Shown here: piece after piece, positions 49,391-61,900 of the stretch
Numbering within the stretch: position 1 is the stretch's first letter
Layout: the number at the start of each line of letters is the position of its first letter
Origin: Lepidodermella squamata
Lineage: Eukaryota; Animalia; Gastrotricha
DNA length: 64,000 bases
Direction of reading: 5' to 3'
Assembly: GCA_047495785.1 (NCBI GenBank)
Contig: JBLDXI010000024.1
Coordinates: forward strand, 620,001-684,000
Translations under genes and position numbers: made by a program
The notes under the pieces: model-generated
Database searches by the model: none
Seen by the model: only the letters and a program-made list of their open reading frames with translations
What the model was told of the DNA's origin: nothing

Positions 49391-51692
49391 TATATTATTT
49401 AATTTTTCGCAGGAAAGGTGATTAATCTAAAATGAAAAGTCGTAGAGAAAATTCAGCTTGGCAAGAAATTCATTTTGATAAGCGCATGCGGGGTAGATCG
49501 ACAAATTCAACCTAGTTCAATGTTTCGTTATGATTAAAAGGAACGAAAATTGTCTACATTATCTGGGTGTTGGCAATATAACCAACCGCGAGTAGTAAAC
49601 ATATGACAGAAAACTTACATAATTTCATCGCTGCGAATCAATATTAATGAAAATTGCCGTGCAACCTAAATTTCCACGGGACAGCGCGCAGACGTGAAAT
49701 ATAATTAGATTAAAAGTTGTTAACTGAAAAACACAGGCAGCTATATGCTAGGATTGCATTTCAGCGGAAGCATCAGCGCGATTAAACGCGCATTTGTCCA
49801 GCGATGCCGCCATATAATTCTCAAAAAGATTAAAGAAATCATTACATCAGATCTCGAATCAGGTGATGCATGACCTCAGCACAAGTATAAGCTGCAACTA
49901 CCAGATAGCGCGATATAATGCATATCGGAAAGCTCACAAGTGCTACATCGTGACTCCAGATAAATGTAAAACCTTTCGTGGGCGATTGATGAGACAAGGT
50001 CCATGCTTAAGGCTTATGACATCATTCACATCAACTGAGAACTTGGCCGTAAATCAAACATGGGCGAATCAGGAAAAATCAACAGAGTACGCAGTAGTAT
50101 TTCTCGTAAACATGTTGCCCGATGCAGAGAAAGCGCAGAATTGCGCGATCGCGCAACAGGTCCATTCACAAAGATTCTTGAAATTTGCGCATTGTATCAG
50201 CGGAAATTGAATTCTTACTGACGAGACGAGAACTAATGGGGGAATAAATACAGCGTGGGTCAATTTTGAAAAAAAAATGTTCGATTTCTTTCTCAAGGCC
50301 TACTGATCGCAGCTTTCATTTCCCATTTGAGGAATTTGAGGACAACTCTTTTTTTTAATTTTACCTATTAAGGCATGAGGCATATCGATTAAAACTCCGC
50401 GGATAACGTTAAAAATTACGATGAAAAATTAAAAAAAAAACCAGCTACAGCCCAAAGTGTTACATACTAGTTTTTGCGTTTTTGTCCCAAATTTACCGGC
50501 TATACATTTATCAGTTATAGATTGACAGCAGGTTCCATCGCCAAATTGCTGTATTAACTCCGAGCGGTTGGCCGATTAATGCATGAATGAATAAAATTAA
50601 TGAGATGATTCATAACAATTATTATAAACGGGATTTCTCCTCAAATTTGAACCAAAAGCGATAGCTCATGTCAAAGAAACGTTTGAACCAGTTCAACATA
50701 GATCGGCAATATTAATTGATCGATTTTAGGCACTCAACCCTGGATCATTTTTGTAATGGAAGGATCCGCTAACAAGGTTATTTTCAGCATAAACTTTTCT
50801 CGATGAGTGCTTTCAAATGATATCTTATGGACTTCGAGATATGTTACCCTGTAAAGAGCTTCGACTGCCTGTTGTGTTCTCCGGTGAACTAGGCCGTCTA
50901 TTTTGCATGTAAAAATGCTCACTAAAATTTACACATGTCAAGCGGCCAAGTTACCCCACTTTGTCCCGGTCACTCCTACCTCAATAGCCTCGATTGATTT
51001 TATATCGGTTTTCGACCTGGGTTCAGTTAACTCGATATAGTTATAATTCGATATAAAATTTGTGGTTTTAAAAGTACCATAGTTCCATGGAACTATGCAT
51101 GCGCATGCTCGTTGAGCTAGCTTTGATAAACTGGGGTTCCGGCCAGTTATCCCACACCGTTTGTTTCGATCTGAATTAAGTTTACAATTTTTTGACAGGA
51201 TGAGAAAAAATGACTACAATTGTTGCGCAACAAAGGACCATTGCAGAATGCATATGATGATTAGTATGCATTGGATCGTCACATTTTTTCGCCAATTATT
51301 TTTTTTTTATTTCGTGTTTACTTTTTTCATCATTTGCGAAGTGATCAGGTGAGTCAGCACCTGTAACTTGTCGTGAGTCTGCTGTTAGCGTCGTATGACA
51401 CGCCGCTCGCGCCAGATTGGGCGGTACAGTGTTTATTTTGTCACAGCGGACGCGAGCACACAGCGGGTATTTTTATCGTCCATTTATGGCAATCTGTCGC
51501 CGGAGCACGTGGCTCATAGAGCGCGCTAAAGGCCCTTCTTGGCTGCTAATCCTTCAATGAGGCGGATGAACGGTGTCGCCCTAAATTATTTGATCGCTAA
51601 TAAACATCATCGCCCAAGATCCGCCTCTCGCTCGGCTAATCCGCGTCGAGAAACACCGCTCGATATCCGGGCTCGTGTGGCGCTCGACGTCC

Positions 51693-51699
51693 TATAAAA
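51693..51699 (+). promoter_or_regulatory. Candidate TATA box of FERD3L
   Basis: TATAAAA at the end of a GC-richer, TAAT/E-box-containing stretch about 400 bp upstream of the ATG. Confidence 0.4.
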
Positions 51700-52095
51700 A
51701 CCATGCTGCACACATGTGACCAACTTTACGACTGAACAAATTTTTAGAGCTTCATCGCCGAGCTAGCACGCGTTCGCCTCCCTCCAAGTTCGACACGCGA
51801 CTACATAAATTTTTTGGCTAGCGCACGCGCCAATTTCTAAACACGGTCGATTCTTCAATTCTCGTAAAGAAAAAGTTGGTGTTTATGAAGTTATCGACGC
51901 GCGCGTTGTTAATTACGTCGTGTCACGCAAGTAACCGCGTCTTTATCGGCGTTTAGCACCTGCCGCCGGTTCCGTGATGTCTTTGAACGGCCAGGGCAGG
52001 CGCGCCTTGACGTTTGACAAGTTTTTCACCGCGGCTACATTGCCATTATTTTTATATAGACTTGCGATATTAACTGCTTTTAATTGTGTCGTGTT

Positions 52096-54067
52096 ATGGC
52101 CGCTTCGTCGACTTCGCAAACAGCGGCGCCATCTGCCGCCGGCGCGCCGTGGCAAAGCAGCACCGGCAGTGGCTCGTCGTCGTCATTCGAAGCGCGTCCA
52201 TCGTCGAACCCGTCTTCGTCGTACGCAACCACGCAACATCTGCTTAACATGAGCAACCAGCAGCAGTTGCTACCGCCTGTTTTTTCAACCTTCTCGTGCT
52301 CGATGATGAGCGGCCAGAGCTCGAGCGGCGACTCGTCGTTCCTCTCGTCGTCAGCGACCACCAGCCCGGGCAACTCTGGCGCCGGGCTCAATGTTCAAAC
52401 ACCCGACTACGGTTACTGGGGAAGCCCAGGCCAGGCCGGACTGTTCCCTATCAACAACCAACGGCAGGCAGCCGGTTTCATCAACTCGGCGTGGATGTAC
52501 CAGCAACAGCAACAACTGCCCAGTTTAAACCGCCAGTTTTTCAATCAAAATCGCCCGAATTCTGTACACCATTCGCAGCAGGAAAACACCCCGGCCGCGT
52601 CGGTTTCGCCGATTTTGTCCTGCGGCGGTTTTCAGTTGCCGTTGCCGGCGTCATGCCAACTTCCTCCCATCACCGGCCCTCTACAGCCGGTTCAGTTGTT
52701 CCAACATTCCCAACAAAACCAGGCTTTCCAGCTGCAACAAAACTCACCTCATGTTATCATGGCCGGCGCCCCAAATATCACACAAATGCCGTTAAATTTC
52801 AGTTCGGAAGTGATGGTAAGTGAATCAATTCGAATGATTATTCGAGTTACTGATTTTTTTTCATCAGACCGGCGCCGTGTCTCCGCAACCTCCCGTCGCC
52901 AACCGTCGCCGAGCGACTGCCGTTCGTGGACGCGGTCGCAAAGCCGCTATGGCTCCGCAGCAAGTTATCGAAGAATCACAGGCTGGTACGCCATCGGCTA
53001 GCGAAAGCCTGTGCGATGTCGGCATTGCTAATGGCCAGCCTTTGTTTTCGAGCCCAGCCGGCATTGTCCCTCTCCCGAGCACCGCCTTCCAAAATTTGTC
53101 GGCTGACGATGGCTCATTGGCCGCGACGGGTCTTGATGACAGCTCTCAGATGACGGCGAATGGCCGGCCGAAGCGCAAGCGCATTCTTAACAAGAAGCAA
53201 CGCCAGGCCGCTAATGTCAGGTTTGTAATTATAACCGATTTGATTCTCGAATTATTTCTTAATTTACGATATTTTTTCAGGGAGCGTAAGCGCATGTACA
53301 GCATTAATGACGCGTTTGAGGATCTGCGCCAGAAAATCCCGACCTTCCACTACGAAAAGCGCCTGAGCCGCATCGAGACGCTGCACCTGGCTATTCACTA
53401 CATCCGTTTTATGCGCCAATGTTTGGGCATGAAAAACCCGCCCCTGTCCGCGTCTGCTTCGAACAGCCGCGCCGGTCTGCTCGGCGTCGTCGATCTCAGC
53501 CGCAGCATCGGTATCGATAACCTCCCGAAGCACGCTGATGCAATGTTGAAGCCCGATGGCACCTGGGAGTCGCCGAACGCAGCGAACGGCGAACCGGCCT
53601 TTCTACCGCTTGCCCCTCTTCCGCCACCTCTGCCGAGCCAAACTCTACCATCGATGAGCTTCTCCGCGAACGATGCGAACACCGACTTCTACGCCGCCAT
53701 GAATCGCCTCGCCTGTGCGCCGCCGGCTCACCACCAGAATTCGATTTCATTTCAAACCACAGCCTCGTTCGAGCAACAGTCTAATCAACTGAGCCAGGGC
53801 GGCTACCTCCACCAGTACGGCGCCATTGAAAATGGAATGTCTCTCGTCGCTCAGTTGATGGTCGCTCAGCAACAACAGCAACAGCAAGCGACACAAAGCG
53901 AGCAGCAGCAACATAACGATGATGGTGAAGACGACTGTTCTCAAGATTTCGATGAATCGAATGAAAATGACGACGAGCAAGAAAGCAGTGGCGAAGATGC
54001 TGGTCACCAATCGAGCCCTTCCGAAGATAAATCGGATGTTGCGAACGTGCAGGTCTATTCTTATTGA
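52096..54067 (+). CDS. FERD3L: bHLH transcription factor, Fer3/Nato3/PTFb class
   Basis: [17 protein letters not shown]|[48 protein letters not shown] is Fer3-type rather than the Ptf1a LSKVDTL. Introns 52816-52867 and 53221-53280. Confidence 0.85.
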
Positions 54068-55149
54068 TGAATCATTCTCGCAGTTATTTCAGTTGAAAAT
54101 TATAAAAAAAATGCAATTATTCGTTGATTTATTATTATTGTGGCGAAAAGTAGTGTACTATGTGCCTATACGATCTATTATATTATTATTATATCATTTA
54201 TTTGGATTTGTCATCGGATTGCTCAACATCTTTTTAAAACGAAAACATTCCGTAAAAAACATCACCGCTTCTTTATTTTTAAATTTTAGCTGCTCTTCGA
54301 CAGGCGATTTTACGTGTATCGCGCCAAGATTGGTATAACGCGCCCGGCTTGTAGGGCGGATAAAAAGTACAATAATTATTCAACTTTATTATAAATAATT
54401 GCGACTGTTTTTATTTACCTATCAATTATTACTGATAATTATTTCTTTTCGGCTATAAACTCAAAAAGACGCGTCGTATTATTGTACGCTCGTCGGCAAA
54501 AACATAATTTTTTCCTACGTGAAAAACCTTCTCGCTGGGCAGCGTTAACCAACTTGCGCAGATTAGCTTGAGAATTTATTTGTATGACTATGCAGATTAT
54601 ATGAAAAAAAAATTGAAAAAATATTCTACCTTATACGTGTCTAGCATCTCGCCTTGTCGTTTTAAAGCTGTGAAACAGTTCGCACTTTTCTCTGATTCGG
54701 AGGAACTTGACTTGAATTAATCTTATTATTTCAGCCCAATTTTACCTTGTATGGCTCATGAGCCGCTTTACCTGGTACCTCAAAGATAGGTACCTTGTGT
54801 GGTTTAAACTGCTGAATCACGTGTACGAACGCTGCGTGTGTAAAACTCTTCGAAAATCCTGTCTTGTCTTACTTGAGACCAGAATTTCTTCCTTCTGGCA
54901 AATGATTTATTGCCCAATCTTGTTTTGTAACGTCCCCCTTGTAGCATTTATCGCCGTGAAATGCAAATCTGAAATGCGATGAATTTTTTGAAATAAAACG
55001 AGTTTTACACGCGAATCGAGAATGTTGCCTTTTACACACGATGATTATGATGATGAGAGGATCGGTTTATATGCCATCATACTGAGGCTTAGTTTTCTAG
55101 TAGTCGAAGTGCGCGACTAGGACTATAAGGCTCACCAAAAGCGCATACG

Positions 55150-56928
55150 ATGGGTTTCGCCGATATCAAGAAGGTTGTATCGATATCGATAGGATGGTCG
55201 GTTTACGCAAGCATATTTTTTATTCGTCGCCCTTTGACTATGGTATATTTTTGGGAAATACAGGCTATTTTCTAACTGTTTAATTTCAGGTCAAAGGTGA
55301 CCTTGATTACGATAAAGAATACTCCATCAGCCAACTTGGCTGGCTCGATTTTGTATTTCTTCTAGCGCTATTTTTCGGACAGGTATATCTTCATTATAAG
55401 CGTTAAGTATCTCTTTTTGCTATTTTGGCTTGGCAGGTGTTCTTTGAGAACGTGCTTTCGTTTCGATCGAGCCGTTTGAAGAAATCGCTACTTGCCTCAA
55501 CGCTGCTGGCATGTCTGCCAATCGTGAGTTTTTTGCGCATGCCGCTTTCCTTTGAAGATATTACCCTCGAACTGATTTATGTAAACAGACTATTTGCTTT
55601 CCACTACTCGGTTTATTTTACGGCCTGCTCAGCGAGTTTACGATATATTCAGGAATGCTCATCCTATTGGGTTTTTTCCAAGCATTCGCTTGGTCAGCCC
55701 TGTCCCGTATAGTCGGCCTTCATCTTCCGCCCGATGATACAAACAGCGCATTCGGAATCATCACAACATCGTCCCTCGCAGGGTCGATAGCCGGCATTTT
55801 TGTCACAGTTTACATACAATACACATTAGGATGGATGTTTGCTTACACAATTCCCGGAATTGTCAATGTAAGCTTTCTCTCAAATGTATTGAATTTCTCG
55901 CAAATATTGAAAAATATTTACCGCAGATTGTTTTAGCTTTTCTGGCGTTCATTTTCATGAGCGTACCGCAAGATCAAAAAACGCCGCAGTTTACGCGTAA
56001 TTTTAAAAAGAAAGTGTAAAAGTGACGCGAAAAATTAATACACTATATAGAACCTGCGATTATGATACCCTCGAAAACACTGGTCGTGCAGCTGTTTGGC
56101 ATCGTTAAAGTTCTCACTGTTTCCATGTCGATATTTGTTGTGCGGTTCATCCGCTTTGGTCTATACATGTGGGTCCCGTATTTTCTTCTAGACGAAGCGG
56201 TACATTCGCAACTCGTCGTCGGCATAGTGACACTGGCGTTTGATCTCGGTGGCTTTTTTGGCACGGCTTTCATCAACACGTTAGCCGAAAAGTTAGCATA
56301 TAAACCGCCTGAAGGCCATATTTTTGATAACATAAAAAAATTTCATTTTATAACGTAGAGTGTTCGGCCGGCGCATTGTTTTTTGTGTGCTTGTATGCAA
56401 CGTGTGGACCACGCTCGCTATTGGACTGTTCTACGCTTATTCATATAGCATTGGAGGAGCATTTTTGTGGCTTTGCCTCGCCGGGTTTGTCAACAGCGGT
56501 GCAGATTCTCTTCTTTGTAAGTATGAAGAGCTATATCATTGAATGATACTACACCTGCGCGAATAATTTTACGCGCCGGCCTTTCTCTAGCATGTGTTAT
56601 TACACTTCATCGTAACGTAATATTTGCCTGTTTTTTTCACTTACTTATACCTTATACCTTTTTCTGCGCTCTATTTGCAGCGGGGCCTCTGTCGGCCGAG
56701 ATCGGCGAAAACTTGGGCTTGTCAAACGTACTGCTTAGCTTCATCAACGCCGTCGGCGCACTCGGTGCCATTGTTGAAGGGCCGGTTTTTAGCTGGTTTC
56801 TGAAAACCGGTGGATGGTTAGCCGCTTTCTCAATGTGCGCGTCGCTATCCATTTTAGCCTCAGTCATTCCGCTACTATTCTTTCCGGGCGTGTTTCACGC
56901 GACCTCTTCCGCAGTTATTTGGCAATAA
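55150..56928 (+). CDS. MFS transporter, SLC37/GlpT-like sugar-phosphate exchanger
   Basis: Multi-exon; ASIFFIRRPL, QLGWLD, GFFQAFAW, FIRFGLYMWVP, FDLGGFFG, FINAVGALGAIVEGP; about 12 hydrophobic segments. Confidence 0.75.
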
Positions 56929-57367
56929 AAAATTTGAATTTCAGCAATTTACACCTTTTTTATTCGCTTAGAACATCCATATAATATGAGATAATTATCG
57001 AATATAATTCTTCCGATCATACAGCTGTTGTTGTTTTTCGCAATATATAATACAGAAAAGTATAAAAACATGAAACAATAATAATATTATATTATATCAT
57101 TTGTGCTTCAAACAAATTCAGAGTACATCTCATCGAAGTTTCTCACGTAAATATTGTAAATTTTTTGAGGGGCAAATTTCTTGGCAAAAAGGACAACCAC
57201 GAGGCTTTTACTTTACAGTCGAGTTTCGCTTGATGCTTATCAGCCCTCACAGGCATTTCATAGTCAGGCACGTGAGTTTATTTAGCGCTCTGCGATTCAA
57301 CCGATCGCTTAGCCAGCGGCCGTCTATTATATAATAAAGAAAGCCAGAAGTCGAACGCAATATCAAA

Positions 57368-57388
57368 AAGAAGAAGAAGAAGAAGAAG
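57368..57388. repeat. (AAG)7 microsatellite in the DNAJB6 3'UTR
   Basis: Read directly from the sequence. Confidence 0.9.
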
Positions 57389-57562
57389 AGTTCATACAAT
57401 AAACGGGTGCGAGATAACACGAGTTAGGGTGGATCTTTTTCCGAAAAAGATAATCATTCGCTAGTGCCGCCAGATAGGAAAGTTGTTTGCACAGATTGCA
57501 GAAAAAAGGGTCGAAGATTGAGCTTGTTAAATTGCTTTAATTTTCATCAATTCAAATCAGCA

Positions 57563-58928
57563 TTACCGCATGGATGGGTTGATAGTATAATGGCTGATGT
57601 GGCTGAGTGTTGGAGGTTTTTGGCCAGGTACCTGTTGGTGGGGTAGAGACGTCGCGGTCGGCTGCGGAGCATGTCGAACCGGTTGAGGGTGATGAACGTG
57701 GTGATGGACGGCACCACTGTTCGGAGCTGGGTTTTGGTGATGGGTATGCGGGCGGCTGTGGCCTCGTTGTGGCTGACCAGCCGCCACGCCATGCACATGA
57801 GTAGTGGGGTGCGAGTGGGTATAGTGGTGATGATGACCACCGTTATGGCCCGAGCTGAAACTTGTCGGGATGACTCGAGCTGCCGGGACATGGCTATGCT
57901 GCCGCGGGCGAGCAGCACTATGACTATGAATTGATGAAGCACCAGGTAGGGCTTCCATAGGCCGGGGAGAAGTCACTGGAACACCGTTCACTCGTCGAGA
58001 AGTTTCCACGCCATTTTCTTCGACAGTAACAGTTTCGACACCATTCTCAACGATGCGCGTGGTCTTCGTCGTTTTTCCGTTGACCATTTGAATCGATGTC
58101 GAGACACTTTTACCCATCATACCACCGCCACCACGCGAGCCAGACACATTTGTAATAAATGAAGATCTGCAGAAGTTACATAGAAAAATGTTGCAATTCG
58201 TTACAGATATTTCTACTTACCCAGAATGGTTTGCATGGTCCTGAAGAGCTTGGAATGGGGATACGCCGAACGGGGAGAATAGACTAGGGCGATTGAAAAG
58301 AGAGAAGTGTTGATGAAATAAACTCGGACCTGATGAGGCGGAATAAACATATTTCACGCGCAGATGAAATCAAGTTATAGTTACCCATAAATCCGTGGCC
58401 GAAACCGAAGTCGTCTTGCTCTTCGTCTTGGAATCCGAAAGGATCCGACGAACCGAAAAATTGGCGGAACATTTCGAAAGGATCGACGAAGAATGAGAAA
58501 TGACCCCCGCGTCTACCGAACGGGTGATCGTGGGAAGAGTGACGGAAAAATGCGGCGAATGGATCTTCAGCATGACTATGATCACGTCGAGCGCTGCTGC
58601 TGCCCCCTCCACCTCGTGTCAATCCTTCACGTCCATATCTATCGTAAATGTTGCGCTTATCTGGGTCCGATAATATTTCATAAGCCTCGGCAACTAGCTT
58701 GAATTGAACCTCAGCATGCTCTTTAGTGTTGGGGTTTTTGTCAGGGTGCCATTTCAAAGCTTGCTTCCGATATGCTTTTTTCAGCTCGTCACCACTAGCA
58801 GTTTTGCTTACACCCAATATTTCATAGTAGTCAACTAATTCGGACGGAGTTGAGTCGTCTTCGTTAGTCAAATCGATTGTCGGACCATCTGCATGAACCC
58901 CATTGCGAGATCCACCTGACCGGCTCAT
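57563..58928 (-). CDS. DNAJB6: DnaJ class B, DNAJB6/B2/MRJ-like
   Basis: J-domain DYYEILGV...KWHPDKNP; G/F region [11 protein letters not shown]; C-terminal domain [34 protein letters not shown]; 2 introns; His-rich tail. Confidence 0.88.
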
Positions 58929-61900
58929 TACAGAGTTTTAAACTTCTAACATTGCAAAAAATGAAACCACATCAGCTAGATTTCCAGCATAGAGCATAGA
59001 GATAGATTAACCAGAGAGGAAACTCAAGAAATTTCTGCAAAGAGGCCGCTCATTTCTTAAGAATGATTTTTTAATTCCTTATTATTGGTTATGGCCCAGA
59101 AACTGCTCATTTTAGTTTCTCGTCGGGAAAACTGGCATGGAGATATTCATTTTTCAACTCAAAATCAGTCGTTTTCGGCGACTCACTACGAGTTTGGAAA
59201 CGCTAACCCCGTTCGATTAGGTGCTGCCAAAACCAAAGGCGTAAAAATTAGTCTATTTTTCAAGTTAACAAAACTTGGATTAGCCATAAGTACCTCTAAA
59301 GAGGTGCAGGGTTTTGGCTGTGCTTTACAGAAATAAAAATTTGGGATGTGCTCCATCAGATGGTATAAGTTTCCCCGATGGCTTTTGGGTATAACTCGAG
59401 ATATTCAGGCTCACAGTAGGCATATTCGACCTAAAGAACCATAGTTTCACGCAATTGTCATGGTTCTTATAGAAACGATGGTTATACAGGTTATGCCAAC
59501 TTTGAGCCTGAAAATAAAAAACAGAAGTTCCACTTTTACTTGGGTTGATATGGAAAAAACTTCGATCATCGATAATTCGGTGTTAGTAGCAGAGATGACC
59601 AAGTAACAGAATGCAAGAATGGATTATAACATCAGAGCTATGATTTCCTTGGTCTGACACCGGCTTGACACCTGCTTGACCTCGCTGCAGAGGAAGGCGG
59701 CATCAAGAAACGAGGTCGAGCTTTTCAGCTTACAAATTAAAGGTTCACTTTGACTCCACGCCTTCGAGCCGTGGATCAGCAGAGTACAGTACTATCTGAT
59801 TGCATGGCCTTGAGGCTGCAAATGTCGGAGCTGACGCGGAGTCCAGGGTTCACCTCGGTTTTCGGATTGAACAATTCGATGAGTTGGACGCTTCACCACG
59901 GGGGCATTGAAAGACAGCCTAGTTTCAAGTTTCATGCGTATGCCACATGTCTCTTCCCCTTTCCTCTTTCCAACCAGGTGCCACAAGCGACAGTCTCGAA
60001 CTACGGACGGCCGCAAACAAATGCACACAAAAAAATTGTAACAAAATGCTTAACAAATGTGAAAATCATTCAGAAAATGTGTTTACACTAATTTTGTTTA
60101 GAAAAATTAAATAAAATAATAATCAAATAAAAGGCAATAAAAATAATTTGTATTTTGGGCGGTAGTAGTTTTTATCCAAAACCCGATTTTGGCCCAAGTT
60201 GGTCCCAGTTGGCATTTTTCCGCCAATAATGTCCGTGAGGTGATTTTTCAAATCAAGAAAACCTACTAACCCGAACATTCCTTTATTGTTATACGCATTC
60301 AACGTTCAATTCACTTCGACTAACTCCCCAAGCATTCATTTTAGGGTTCAGGAAGCTTGAAGCTTGAGGAACGAAACGCCACTTGACACAAAAACAGTGG
60401 CTATTCGATCAGACACTAGTTATTTGATTACAGAGTATCATATCAAGAAAGCAAAAGCTGCGTGATGCGCAATTTTCAGTGTCAGTTGCGTTGGTTGCGG
60501 TTAACGTCATTGGGCTGGCGGGAATAGCAAGAATTCGCCCATACTTTTCATCATGTAAATGCTAGCGATATAATCTCTAGGCAGCTTTAACTATAACCTG
60601 CCCATAGTCGGTTGCATCTCGAAAACTCCTGCGGTGCCATGCTGCACATTCCATTGGACAATTGGGTGCTATTTCAGGCACTACAAAGGAAGGAGCATTT
60701 GGAACACTCCAATTGCAGAAAAAACAGCACCATTTTAAAATTTGACAACCTGAAATAAAAGATAGCTGAAAGAATACCATCCCTACCTTACCTAACTTGG
60801 CAAGATAAATATTTGCCCTACTCTAACGAATACATAATATTTGCTAAAATCTTAAAGTTATTGCTCTCTGTGCCATCGAAGTGGTATTGTGCTAAACATA
60901 ATCGATACCAAAAATGAAACAGGGGAAACACCGTAAATAAAAAATTATTGGGCATCGTCACCTAGTCTTTCATAAAACCGAAACCACAGCCCTCTATTCC
61001 AACTCCGGTCCATAAAGCTTGTGAATTTTCTTCTATTCTATTCCCTTCTATTCTGGCTCCGCCCTTCATTTCCGCTAGCCTCATATCTCGGCATTCGCGT
61101 TAAACTACTGCAGCCTTGGTGCTTGGTTATCGCATGCTTCAGTCGGATGTCCAATGCCGTGAACATAAAAAGTCCAGACATTTGACATGGCGTTGAAAGG
61201 TTTCACTGCCTTGGTTAGATGACAGTATCAAGATTTAGTGATGAGTCATCTGCCGTAGGAGTTTTTCTATGCAACTTTTTTGGCAAGGCAGCGTCATCAT
61301 TTCTCATTTTTATTATTATTGCGAATTTATCCGCGATGCATTTCACCGGGAACTGAAGAGGCGCATTTGACTTTTTAGCTACGATGCGGCATATAATATT
61401 CATAGTAGTGAAAGCAGAGCTAGACCGAGCATTTTGATATATAATCACTAAATTTAGGTCGGCTTATACTTTCATCGTATCCATCTCTAGTCAAGCATAC
61501 AGCATTCTATTAGCCCCCAATTTAGTGTGTCTATCAGTAAGTAGAGCATTCATGATCAAATTAAAAATCTGGTATTGAAATGATACTGAATGTCTTCAAA
61601 TAGAATAAAAAACATGACATCGTCATAACAAATGCTGAATTAGGCCAACTTTCGATTATTAATCATCAATGAATATTCTTGGATTAGCATAGTTTCAATA
61701 TAGGGCTTCATGTTTCTAGAATGCTCAATGATGAGGAGGTGGAGGGTAGGGGAGGAAAGCCGGTTACCTAATCTGTCGATTTCTTTTAACCTTGCTTCTT
61801 GCTAGTTGTTTTGCAAGCTCTAACGAATATGCTAATAAATATGCCTCTCGGCTCGTCATTCAAGAAAAGCTTTGGGCTGAGGCAACATTATTTTACAATC

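Noticed and set aside
51078-51108. 20-bp perfect palindrome CATAGTTCCATGGAACTATG plus GCATGCGCATGC
   Set aside because: Isolated; no TSD, TIR partner or other support for function.
59560-60060. GC-richer island with short ORFs upstream of DNAJB6
   Set aside because: No recognisable protein, TE or ncRNA motif on either strand.
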